DNA from: a virus | Virus record (IMG/VR): IMGVR_UViG_3300045988_131275 | Span: 64,001 to 128,000 of that record | Length of the DNA: 64,000 bases | Direction: 5' to 3' (one strand) | Part shown: positions 10,545 through 19,697 of the stretch, one piece after another | How positions within the stretch are numbered: position 1 is the first letter of the stretch | Layout: each line of letters starts with the position of its first letter | Notes under the pieces: model-generated | What the model was told of the DNA's origin: nothing | What the model saw: the letters and a program-made list of their open reading frames with translations, nothing else | Databases searched by the model: none | Translations under genes and position numbers: made by a program

Positions 10545-11160
10545 TTACTCCGTAATCTAAAATAAAACAATCATTCATTAACCTCTCACTAATGTATTTT
10601 CCATAAGACAATCGAAATAATTGATCCCCATATGGCTCTTTAACAGGATATGTTTCATGCTCCCATCCATTAATCTTATTTCTTATAATAATATCTGGAT
10701 AATCCTGTAAATACATTCGTCCAATCCATTCTGGTAAACAACTGCCCCAAGGGTAAATTGTCACAAATTTAATTTTTGCTTCATTAAGCCATTGTCTAAT
10801 TCTAATGTCGCTATCTACAAAAATAACATCTACTTTACCTATATTCTCTTTTATATATTGAATAAAATTATTTGGAAAATCTGGATTATCGACACTGATA
10901 ATTTGTTGTTTGAATTGATTTAGATGCCCTTCTACAGACATAAGATGTAGACTTGATTCCCACCGTTCGCGTTCTTTTTTAATTTCTTCTTCGTTTGGTA
11001 ATCGCTTTATTATCTTAAAATCATAAATATTTACATCCAATATATCATAATCTTTCATATGTTCACTTGCGTATGTCTTACCGCAGCATATATAAGCACT
11101 GATAATTAACGTATTTTTCATATTATATTCCTCTCCATGAAATGAAAATTTCAGACCCAT
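10510..11160 (-). CDS. P-loop nucleotide-kinase-like phage protein
   Basis: TLIISAYICCGKTYA P-loop, VIFVDSDIRIRQWL; true start probably the internal MKNTLIIS. Confidence 0.5.
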   Translation of the reverse strand: MGLKFSFHGEEYNMKNTLIISAYICCGKTYASEHMKDYDILDVNIYDFKIIKRLPNEEEIKKERERWESSLHLMSVEGHLNQFKQQIISVDNPDFPNNFIQYIKENIGKVDVIFVDSDIRIRQWLNEAKIKFVTIYPWGSCLPEWIGRMYLQDYPDIIIRNKINGWEHETYPVKEPYGDQLFRLSYGKYISERLMNDCFILDYGVNGGTENESNSK

Positions 11161-11483
11161 TCATGCTCTCTTGATTCTGTCCATTTCTTAAAATCATCAA
11201 TTGTAAACTCTTCTGATTTAATATCATCACGCAATAATACAGTATAATGAGGTACATCTTCGTTTAAATTCTGGTCAAGGAAATCATTGATTACAGCAAA
11301 TGAATTATAAATACCTAATTTATATGCTTTCTTTTCGGATTCTGTCATACCAGTACAAACATTTACCTCTGTATCTTCTAATACTTTCTTATATGTATTA
11401 ATACTTTCTACTATCATCATAACTTCGTTTTCTTTTGTGTTTGTTCTATTCGATTTCATATAACGCATCCCCCAACTTCTCAA
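11151..11483 (-). CDS. Hypothetical protein
   Basis: ORF in array. Confidence 0.5.
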   Translation of the reverse strand: MRSWGMRYMKSNRTNTKENEVMMIVESINTYKKVLEDTEVNVCTGMTESEKKAYKLGIYNSFAVINDFLDQNLNEDVPHYTVLLRDDIKSEEFTIDDFKKWTESREHEWV

Positions 11484-11894
11484 TTTCTTCTCTCAGCTCA
11501 TCATTCTGCAAATCAAGAGCATTATTTTCATTTTGCAAATCTTCGTTTTCTTTTTCTAAATCATAAACTTTATCTAACAATTCCTGATATTCTTCATCGC
11601 TATGTATCGGTGTTAGCTTCTCAATCTCATCCGCCAAATCCGAATTGTAATAACTTCTTACAAGACAAGCAGCATCTTGAAGATCATTAACTTCTTCCCA
11701 ATTACCTTCAATCAGAATCATTTCATTTCTCCTTTAGACGACATATAAATAAACTGATTTTTAAATTCTTTGACCTCATCAGATGTTTTAAAAAATGGCT
11801 GTAAAATTTCATTTATTTCTTCTTCGTGTTCTACACACCAATTATCAAATGAATCATCTATAATTTTTAATTCTGTTCGTTTACCTCTCATACA

Positions 11895-12269
11895 TCATTC
11901 ACGCCACAATATTAATTCATCAAACTCAATTGAATACTTTGGAATATAGTTAATACCATAAGATTTCATATAATCTTCAATAGCATGTACACAATTTCTT
12001 CCAAACTTTTCTGCATTATTTCCATCCATAATCGCATGATATAGTAATTCTTCATAGTTTTTAATATGTTTATAATTTTTATAACTATAATCAGGGACTA
12101 AAATAAAACTTCTTATCTCTGGTGGAATCCCCATTTGAAAACCCTCTATATGTTGGAACGTAGGTTTCCCATTAATAGTAAATTCATTCTTTTCGTTCAT
12201 AAAATATTTCGTCTGAGAATTATCATAAAAACATAAAGATACTTTAATTCCACGTTTTATATAATCCAT
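11895..12269 (-). CDS. Hypothetical protein
   Basis: ORF in array. Confidence 0.55.
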   Translation of the reverse strand: MDYIKRGIKVSLCFYDNSQTKYFMNEKNEFTINGKPTFQHIEGFQMGIPPEIRSFILVPDYSYKNYKHIKNYEELLYHAIMDGNNAEKFGRNCVHAIEDYMKSYGINYIPKYSIEFDELILWRE

Positions 12270-12544
12270 ATATCACTTCTCCATTTCATTAAGCAATTTC
12301 TCACAACGTTTGATATGATATATTAGTTTTCTATTTGTTCCTTTACTCATGTTTCCATAATGGAAACATCTATTATATCCAAGAATATCTTCTGCTAATT
12401 CCTTTGAATATTCTACAAATTGCTTTGTAACTTTAACATTATTCATCCATATACCACCTTATATGTGTCTTTTAAGGCATAGTTTGGTCAAAAATACACC
12501 TTAAAATACGTAATTTTTACGATGAAAGGGAACTTTTATCTGCT

Positions 12545-12769
12545 TTAAATTTCTCCCTTTGCTCCACAATTATCAGCAATAGTCCAATCGTCACATGCCA
12601 TGTTTTCAATAGTATATGTAATATCTTCTGAATCCCTGATGTTAATAATTTTCCCGTCATAACAATGCATCATAACTTCATTGCCATCCAGTTCCCACCA
12701 ACCTGTCCAATGTTTTCTTTTAATCTTGTGTCCTCTTTTAAGTGAAAATAATGCGCTTGCAAAATTCAT
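12545..12769 (-). CDS. DUF2829-family small protein (Tad2, Thoeris anti-defence 2, family)
   Basis: MNFASALFSLKRGHKIKRKHWTGWW...ENMACDDWTI matches the family pattern (M.F..AL..LK.G.k..R..W ... DW). Confidence 0.6.
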   Translation of the reverse strand: MNFASALFSLKRGHKIKRKHWTGWWELDGNEVMMHCYDGKIINIRDSEDITYTIENMACDDWTIADNCGAKGEI

Positions 12770-13037
12770 AGTCTACTTACCTCCCAATTTTTGCTAAAAA
12801 TTTTAACCATAGTTTCTGATACCATAACACATGTAAATCATATCCCATAAGCTCAAGAAACTCTTCTGGATGATTTTGATAATATAAGATTCGGTTTCTA
12901 TCTATTTCTTCACTATTAGATGGTGTTGTAGTTTCCCATTCTCCAAATTTAATTCTCATGGAATTACTACGTTTACTATCTTTTGATTCTATATTCTCTA
13001 ATTTACTTCCATTTTTGAATTTAATTTCTATCGTAGA

Positions 13038-13451
13038 TTACCTCTCAATCTTTTCTAAACATACTGCGTAGTCAACTTTTCGTGAAATTTCATTGAATAC
13101 TACATCCTCAGATACTTTGCTAACATACCAAAAATAAGGACTAATACCTTCGTTCATTTTTTCCGCTAATTTATTCCTTCTCATCTGATGTTCATACGCT
13201 ATATCACCATATTTAAGTTTTTCTGAATCCCATCTAGCATTTGCTGTTTTTATTCTTAATGCTAAATGTAATTCATCTTCTTCTATATATTCTCTAACTA
13301 CTGAAAGCATTTTATGAATGTTTTCTTCTAACACTGGATCACCAATAAAATCTACTGGATACACGACAATGATGTTGATATATGGCGGTTCCATACTGGC
13401 AACTTCTTTCACACAAAAATTTTTGTCATCTAAAAATATTATTTTTCTCAC
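13038..13451 (-). CDS. Hypothetical protein immediately downstream of the modification cassette
   Basis: ORF, no motif recognised. Confidence 0.55.
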   Translation of the reverse strand: MRKIIFLDDKNFCVKEVASMEPPYINIIVVYPVDFIGDPVLEENIHKMLSVVREYIEEDELHLALRIKTANARWDSEKLKYGDIAYEHQMRRNKLAEKMNEGISPYFWYVSKVSEDVVFNEISRKVDYAVCLEKIER

Positions 13452-13523
13452 CTCCTTCCACGCCTTGAAAAAATAATTTCATCTTTAATTTTTACCTATT
13501 TTAGATCATTTTCTTTAATAGGT

Positions 13524-14507
13524 TTACCATTCTGTCCAGTAAGCTAAATCATTTTCACAAAGTTCTTGATATTCTTGGTCTGAATAAAATCCATATAAGC
13601 AATCATCTGAACAAAAATATTCTTCTCCATCATTGATTACATATCCACTATTCATAACTTCTCCACAACTTGTACAAATTCTTGTGTCATCATTATCAAC
13701 GGTTTCTTTTGTTGATTTATATTTTTGATATATCTTTCGATATATTGGAGTTACAATTTTGTATCCATTAGTATTCAGATTTGTTTTTAATAAATTATCA
13801 TGATATTCTCTTATTTTCGATGCACACTGTAAATTCTCATTTCTTCGATACAATCCATACCTTTCTATTTCATCACGATATGATGTATATGTAATATATT
13901 TTTGTTTAGGAGAATTCATTGACTTATAATTTAAAGACATAAAATAATCAATCAGCTCTTTGCATTCTTTATATGGAGCAATGAATATTTTATCATTGAA
14001 AATAGATTTAATATATTTATATCCAGAAGATATAGGATCTTTTACTTTTTTTGTTCTTTCATTTTGAAACTGTTCATAATCTTTTGAGATTATACTCATA
14101 TGTTTTGACGTTCCATATAAATCATCCGCACATAAGCCACTAAGCACATATTTTTCTTTTATATATTTTTTTGCATATATAAATGGATGAATGCATTGAA
14201 CAGCAGATTTTTTGTATGTATGAAACCGATTTACAATATATTCAACATCACTAATTAATGTATTTATCTCTTGTTTAATAGGAATTTCAATTAGACTTAA
14301 TCCAAACAAGTTAGCAATTCTTCTAGCACTTTTTATATCACTCGATTCATATGTTTCTAAATAAAATGTATATAGCGTTGGGTTTACTCCAATGTCTAAA
14401 CAAGATAATAATATTGACAGACTGTCCAATCCACCACTGAATAAAATAGCTACAGAATTTTTATCTTTTATCTTATTTTCCAAAAAATCATTCATTATTT
14501 TTCGCAT
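13524..14507 (-). CDS. Asparagine-synthetase-like PP-loop ATPase (putative amide ligase) with C-terminal Zn-finger-like motif
   Basis: PP-loop SGGLDSLSIL, second motif LSGLCADDLYG (cf. AsnB SGxGxDExFG), no N-terminal Cys-nucleophile glutaminase domain, C-terminal CTSCGE..FCSDDC; start overlaps the upstream MTase stop by 20 nt. Confidence 0.8.
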   Translation of the reverse strand: MRKIMNDFLENKIKDKNSVAILFSGGLDSLSILLSCLDIGVNPTLYTFYLETYESSDIKSARRIANLFGLSLIEIPIKQEINTLISDVEYIVNRFHTYKKSAVQCIHPFIYAKKYIKEKYVLSGLCADDLYGTSKHMSIISKDYEQFQNERTKKVKDPISSGYKYIKSIFNDKIFIAPYKECKELIDYFMSLNYKSMNSPKQKYITYTSYRDEIERYGLYRRNENLQCASKIREYHDNLLKTNLNTNGYKIVTPIYRKIYQKYKSTKETVDNDDTRICTSCGEVMNSGYVINDGEEYFCSDDCLYGFYSDQEYQELCENDLAYWTEW

Positions 14508-15672
14508 TTATTATATCTCCAAATAAATTTTTATATATTGCTTTTACAATAGTTATTGGTATTGTTCTCCCTGCTCGTTCATATAATTTTGTCTCAGGTA
14601 TTTTTGCAATATCTTCAACTAAATTAAAATATTTATCATTCAGTAATTGTAATCTCCAACATTCTTTTGGAGTTAATTTCCTCACTGAACCATCTTTTTC
14701 CAGTATATGCTGGTAGCAAGTTGTTGTAAGAGTTTGAGCCACCCCATGTCCCACTCTACCTCTTCGTGTTTTACTATTATAATGAGCAACATTAATACTA
14801 TCTCCAATTGTTGCTTCTGTGTATCCTTTCTTTGTTGCTTCTCTTACTTTAACTATTGGATTTCCATTATCGTCAAATTTCAAATCAGTTATTAATCCAT
14901 TATACGTATTAGTTATATCCACATAATATTTTTGATTAACTTTATCTTTTTCTAATATATCAAGTAATGATAATTTCAAAGGAATTTCGTTTGGAATTAA
15001 AAAATTACCATCATCATCTAAAATTGAAACCATAATTACTCTTTCACGATTTTGTGGAATTCCATATTTCTTTGCGTTGAATATCTTCCAATAATTTTTA
15101 TAACCATATGAAGATAATGTATCGCACCATTCGTTGAAAATGTCTATATGAGCTTTACTGACTATATTTTTTACATTCTCCATAATTAAATATTTTGGTC
15201 TTTTGTATTTGATAAGTGGTTCACAATTCCAGACTAATGATGATTGTGTTCCACTATCTCTCTCAAAACCTAATTGTTGCCCTTCATTGGTAATATTTTT
15301 ACATGGAAATGAATATGTAAATAAATCAATATCAGGAAGATCATTTGTATTTATATTGCGAATATCTCCATAGTTTTTTATATTTTTACACGAATTATAT
15401 AATTTTAAAATTTCTTCATGGGACTTTGGAAGTTCAGATTTGCCAGTAGAAAAATTATAAGCAACATTTATTGTTTTTAGATATGTAATCATTTCATCAT
15501 CGGACAATACATCATTTGATATGTTTATAGATTCATTATGAATTGCGTCATATGATAATATTGCATATTTATCAACTTCACTTGTACCAACAAGATGATA
15601 ACTTATCCCCATTTCTTTGAGGGCAATTGTAAATATGCCAATTCCTGAAAATCCTTCAAATACATTTAGCAT
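14488..15672 (-). CDS. C5-cytosine DNA methyltransferase homologue, proposed DNA carboxymethyltransferase
   Basis: Motif I FEGFSGIGIF, motif IV SFPCKNIT, motif VI MENVKN, motif VIII PQNRERV, motif X LYERAGRTIPITIVKAI (canonical Asn replaced by Arg). Confidence 0.93.
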   Translation of the reverse strand: MLNVFEGFSGIGIFTIALKEMGISYHLVGTSEVDKYAILSYDAIHNESINISNDVLSDDEMITYLKTINVAYNFSTGKSELPKSHEEILKLYNSCKNIKNYGDIRNINTNDLPDIDLFTYSFPCKNITNEGQQLGFERDSGTQSSLVWNCEPLIKYKRPKYLIMENVKNIVSKAHIDIFNEWCDTLSSYGYKNYWKIFNAKKYGIPQNRERVIMVSILDDDGNFLIPNEIPLKLSLLDILEKDKVNQKYYVDITNTYNGLITDLKFDDNGNPIVKVREATKKGYTEATIGDSINVAHYNSKTRRGRVGHGVAQTLTTTCYQHILEKDGSVRKLTPKECWRLQLLNDKYFNLVEDIAKIPETKLYERAGRTIPITIVKAIYKNLFGDIINAKNNE

Positions 15673-15683
15673 ATATGCACCCC

Positions 15684-16364
15684 CTATTTAATTGCAATAT
15701 ATCCCACAAAATTCATCCAACGCCAAAATACATCTACTTGTCTGAATCCTGCTTGATGTAATAACTCAACATTCCATTTATTCGTACATGGAACTAGAAC
15801 ACCCTCTAGTGATAATTTTTTTCTGTCTATTTGTTCTTGTGAATACCCATTTAATTTCTTTAGTCCATAATAATTCTCAACGAACATGTTATTTAATGAT
15901 GATGTTTCTCCTAATACTTTCTCCACCATCAAAAATATCCCATCATGATTTAATGATTTATATACATTCGCCAAAATATCTTGCCTATATTCAATAGGAG
16001 TAAACTGAATACATAATGTAGATGTGATTATATCGAAATATTCTCGTGGGAATTCATTTCTTAAATCCATATTTAAAATAGATACTCTTCCATTTTGTAT
16101 TTCTTTATCAAATCTTATACGTGCTTTATCAAGCATCGGCTCAGATACATCAATTCCAATATAATGTCCATGATTATATTTCGATAAGAAATCAGCAATT
16201 TGCAATCCATCTGAGCATCCGATATCTAATACTGAAAATGGTTGTGAACAATTTGATAATTCATTTTCTGAATATCTTTGTAATATTTTATTGATTCTAA
16301 TAGATGCCAAATCAAGAATAGATTTACGCATTAAGTTGTACTGTGGAATTGATCTTGAAAGCAT
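15684..16364 (-). CDS. CmoA-like carboxy-S-adenosylmethionine synthase; conserved N-terminus continues upstream to about 16433-16457
   Basis: MLSRSIPQYN..., VLDIGCSDG, LCIQFTPIEYRQDILANVYKSLNHDGIFLMVEK, ENYYGLKKLNGYSQEQID, LLHQAGFRQVDVFWRWMNFVGYIAIK align along their length with CmoA. In-frame upstream codons give DNKWEFDENVAECFED (cf. E. coli CmoA GDWTFDERVAEVFPD). Confidence 0.88.
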   Translation of the reverse strand: MLSRSIPQYNLMRKSILDLASIRINKILQRYSENELSNCSQPFSVLDIGCSDGLQIADFLSKYNHGHYIGIDVSEPMLDKARIRFDKEIQNGRVSILNMDLRNEFPREYFDIITSTLCIQFTPIEYRQDILANVYKSLNHDGIFLMVEKVLGETSSLNNMFVENYYGLKKLNGYSQEQIDRKKLSLEGVLVPCTNKWNVELLHQAGFRQVDVFWRWMNFVGYIAIK

Positions 16365-16491
16365 ATCTTCAAAACATTCTGCTACATTTTCATCAAATTC
16401 CCACTTATTATCTGGTAAAATATTGTCTTTGGTTTCTATAACACAACATCTCCCTTCTTACGATGTATTAAATTGTAAGTTTTTGAAAAAC

Positions 16492-16506
16492 GCCTTGAAT
16501 TAAGGC
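16492..16506 (-). terminator. Possible rho-independent terminator or attenuator upstream of the CmoA-like gene
   Basis: Minus strand GCCTT-AATTC-AAGGC followed by GTTTTT. Confidence 0.4.
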
Positions 16507-16565
16507 ATAAGAAATAATAGAAATTTTAAATATAATATTAACTACGATGAAAGAAATATTTTATG

Positions 16566-16823
16566 TTACTTTTTGTCTTTAAATCTTGCATAAGCATCAC
16601 TTACGATTTTATTAAAATATAAATGTTGTTCTATTTCTTTATAAATGCTTTGCGTAATATGATTCTCGGTTTTCTTTACCATATAATCTTCCACTGTTTT
16701 AAAATTATTCATCAATTTTTCTTTGTCTGATAATTTGTTATTCTGTTTCTTCTTTCTCTTCATATTTAACCTATAGCATCTCCGCAACTTTCTTTGCAAA
16801 AATATCTTTGATATTCTTATCAA
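16566..16823 (-). CDS. Hypothetical protein
   Basis: ORF in array. Confidence 0.5.
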   Translation of the reverse strand: MIRISKIFLQRKLRRCYRLNMKRKKKQNNKLSDKEKLMNNFKTVEDYMVKKTENHITQSIYKEIEQHLYFNKIVSDAYARFKDKK

Positions 16824-17082
16824 TTACATCACAAATAACTTTCTCCGTTGCTTCTTTTACATATGTGTCTAATGTTTTATCTTTAATTTTTCGATTTGGA
16901 TTCCATCTATCTGCTGATACTAATGCTCCAATTCTTTTAGTGACAATCTTTTCAATTTCATCATCAAGATTCCCCACAATTACATCTTCGATATACTTGT
17001 CCATTGCAAGTTTAACTTTCTGCTCAAGTTCTTCACTATCAACTTGCAGATTTAAAATTAATTTTGGTTCTGATTTCTTCAT
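16771..17082 (-). CDS. Hypothetical protein
   Basis: ORF in array. Confidence 0.5.
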   Translation of the reverse strand: MKKSEPKLILNLQVDSEELEQKVKLAMDKYIEDVIVGNLDDEIEKIVTKRIGALVSADRWNPNRKIKDKTLDTYVKEATEKVICDVIDKNIKDIFAKKVAEML

Positions 17083-17152
17083 AATTCTTTAATCTCCTTT
17101 AAATTTTTCTTAACTTCACATTTACTTATGCTGTTTAATTTCTTTCATTTTT

Positions 17153-17506
17153 TCACCACCCTAAATATTGAAACCATTTTGCAAATAACATTAATCCTTC
17201 TTGAATCTTATCATTCAGATCCTTGCATTTATCTCTCCAATCGGAATCCTTAAAATTTATAGACATATATATCTCATAATCATTAGCAATTTGCTCAAAA
17301 GACCAAATCATTTTATCTAATGCTTCATCCCATTTCTCTTCTGTTTCCATTCCTTCTCTTCCTGGATAACCGTTATTTAATTTCTTGAATAATTTTAATC
17401 TTGGGAGAACATATTTTGCAATATTACAATCCAAATCCAATGTTTCTTTTGGATTTACATACAATCCTTGTTTCTTTAGCCATTTCTTACGTGTTCTTTT
17501 ATTCAT
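17153..17506 (-). CDS. Hypothetical protein
   Basis: ORF in array. Confidence 0.55.
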   Translation of the reverse strand: MNKRTRKKWLKKQGLYVNPKETLDLDCNIAKYVLPRLKLFKKLNNGYPGREGMETEEKWDEALDKMIWSFEQIANDYEIYMSINFKDSDWRDKCKDLNDKIQEGLMLFAKWFQYLGW

Positions 17507-17519
17507 AAAACATCACCCA

Positions 17520-17909
17520 TCATAATATTCCAATTAAAATCCACCATGTAAAAATAATTTGGATAACATGAATTATCTGGTCTTGAACCAAATTAATTTT
17601 CTTTTCATTAGCTTTCAAATTGTCTACAAACATATGTATCATTAAATTAACAATTAACAATACAGGTTTCCATATTCCACCAGCTACCATAAGAGCAATT
17701 GTTGGTGGTAACATAATCATAAATGACCAACTAAAGCTATGCATAAATAACGCTGTTAGGTAATCATATTTATATAATTTCTCTGGTGCGTTCTTTTCCC
17801 ACCATGATTTTTGTTTAGCAGATGCTAACCCTCCTTGTAAATAATAATCATCTACAATATGGCAGAAAATCATAGTAAATAAGATAAATATTTTATATGC
17901 AATATTCAT
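17520..17909 (-). CDS. Multi-pass membrane protein (DUF3307-like)
   Basis: FCHIVDDYYLQG near N-terminus plus hydrophobic helices. Confidence 0.5.
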   Translation of the reverse strand: MNIAYKIFILFTMIFCHIVDDYYLQGGLASAKQKSWWEKNAPEKLYKYDYLTALFMHSFSWSFMIMLPPTIALMVAGGIWKPVLLIVNLMIHMFVDNLKANEKKINLVQDQIIHVIQIIFTWWILIGIL

Positions 17910-18121
17910 ATTTTACCTCCATGAAATCGAGATTTTAAGTTACATATCATCTATTTCTTTATCTATTGTAATTTGAATCTTAATAGCAGGTTTAGTTGTT
18001 TCTGCGACACCATAACCAGTTGTTACATTATCATAGCTTGCATGAACGCATTCTGTATCAATATCAAATTTATCTGCTACAATTTTTACAATATCATTTT
18101 CGTTTAATTCATAGATTGTTT

Positions 18122-18388
18122 TCATATCTCATCTTCTCCTTTTTGTTGAATTGAATAATCATATCGCCAGGCTACAATATCTATATCGCTGCGCCACCCA
18201 TCACATCCATCAGCGTCTAGCACATAAGCATAATAACAATATCCTGTCCATTGATGGTATTTAAATTCTCTACCATCTTTGTCTTTTACAATAATCCATT
18301 TATTCTCTTCTGGGTAATCTTCTCGATCATGCCACTTTAATCTGATTATTTTTGTACTCAATATTTCCAATTTCAAATTCTCCTTCAC
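18122..18388 (-). CDS. Hypothetical protein
   Basis: ORF in array. Confidence 0.5.
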   Translation of the reverse strand: MKENLKLEILSTKIIRLKWHDREDYPEENKWIIVKDKDGREFKYHQWTGYCYYAYVLDADGCDGWRSDIDIVAWRYDYSIQQKGEDEI

Positions 18389-19697
18389 TTGTAAGAACTA
18401 TAGCATTTGTACTTTCAAGGATAATCGTAGGTAATTTATCCAATGTTTTCCATAACTCTAATAACGTCATTTGCTCACCTATAATTTCTTCCATAATTCT
18501 TTTGATCTAGTATCTTCTTTCAAACAATCATATTTCGCCATTCCAATAGATTCATGTTCCAAAACTCTCCAAATTGCTTTAAAAATGTTTCTTTCACAAG
18601 AAGTAATATTTCCTGCTTCAACTGAAAATCTTAATCCTTCTTTAAAATCAAACCACATAGTAGCTTCAATTTTTGTTCTTGCCTTACAATCACCTCTCCA
18701 TGCAAGAGGAGAAGTCGCTTCTTTATAAAACAATACCTTTTTATATGTCTTCATATTAGCTACAATCCCCTAACGCTTTAATTACTCTTTGTGCCTGTTT
18801 CTCTAACTCAACTTCTGCTTTTGCCTTGATATATTCTTCTACTGAATCAACATCTACTTCAATGTCAATTACATCATTTTCATATGGCTCACCAGTTAAT
18901 TCTTCTCCATATATAATTTCTTCAAATGGGATAACATAATACTCACCTGTTTCACCATCTGTGCAGCTAAATGTCAATTCAGTATCATCATCATATCCGA
19001 TTTCTTGCAATTTTCTTATAAGTTCTGTAACCCTCATTTACTATCTCCATCTTTCTTTATACCTATATTCACTATTTTATAAATGAATTTTGTGAATATT
19101 CTTTTGTTCTTTCGTTTCTTATGTCTTTCTCGAAAAATGTCAAATATGCAAAGAAAAAATGAGAATCCTCCCATAAGAATTAGACCAATAACACAATGCA
19201 TCCCTCTTTCAAAATAATTCTCATCATATGGGTTTCCTCTCATATCGTGTATACACACAAGCATTAACGATAATATCCCCATGAATAACCATATGACTGC
19301 AATTATGATGTACGCTTTACTCCCAAACGTTATTCTCCCCTCCTTTGAAACGTTTGTTTCATGTGATGCTAGACCATCACTTTATCATTGATTTCTTTAA
19401 TTTTAGTTCTCATATAATATCTCAAATCTTCTCTAAGTTCACGATTGCACATAATCTGTTTAATATCGTTTGAAAATTCAGTAACCATTTTATTAACAAT
19501 CTTATCTGCCATTTCTTCTTCTAATCGTGATATAATTTTCTCTTTTACTTTTTCAATATCAATTTTTTCATAACATTCCTTAAGGATTTCGTATGGAACT
19601 TCATACCTATTATCGTAACTAATTTTAATAAGATCATGTTTTGAAATGTCATTGATAATCTTTTTCTGGATTAAATCATTAAATTTTTCTTCAAAAT

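Noticed and set aside
13524-14507. Reading the PP-loop protein as QueC (7-deazaguanine pathway)
   Set aside because: SGGLDS is shared, but the second motif LSGLCADDLYG and overall layout fit the asparagine-synthetase-like clade better, and no QueD/QueE/QueF/dpdA-like genes are seen nearby.
15684-16364. Generic ubiE/Tam-type methyltransferase call for the CmoA-like protein
   Set aside because: RSIPxY, the NGYSxxxI segment, the FN/GxxAIK end and the upstream WEFDENVAECFED match CmoA specifically.
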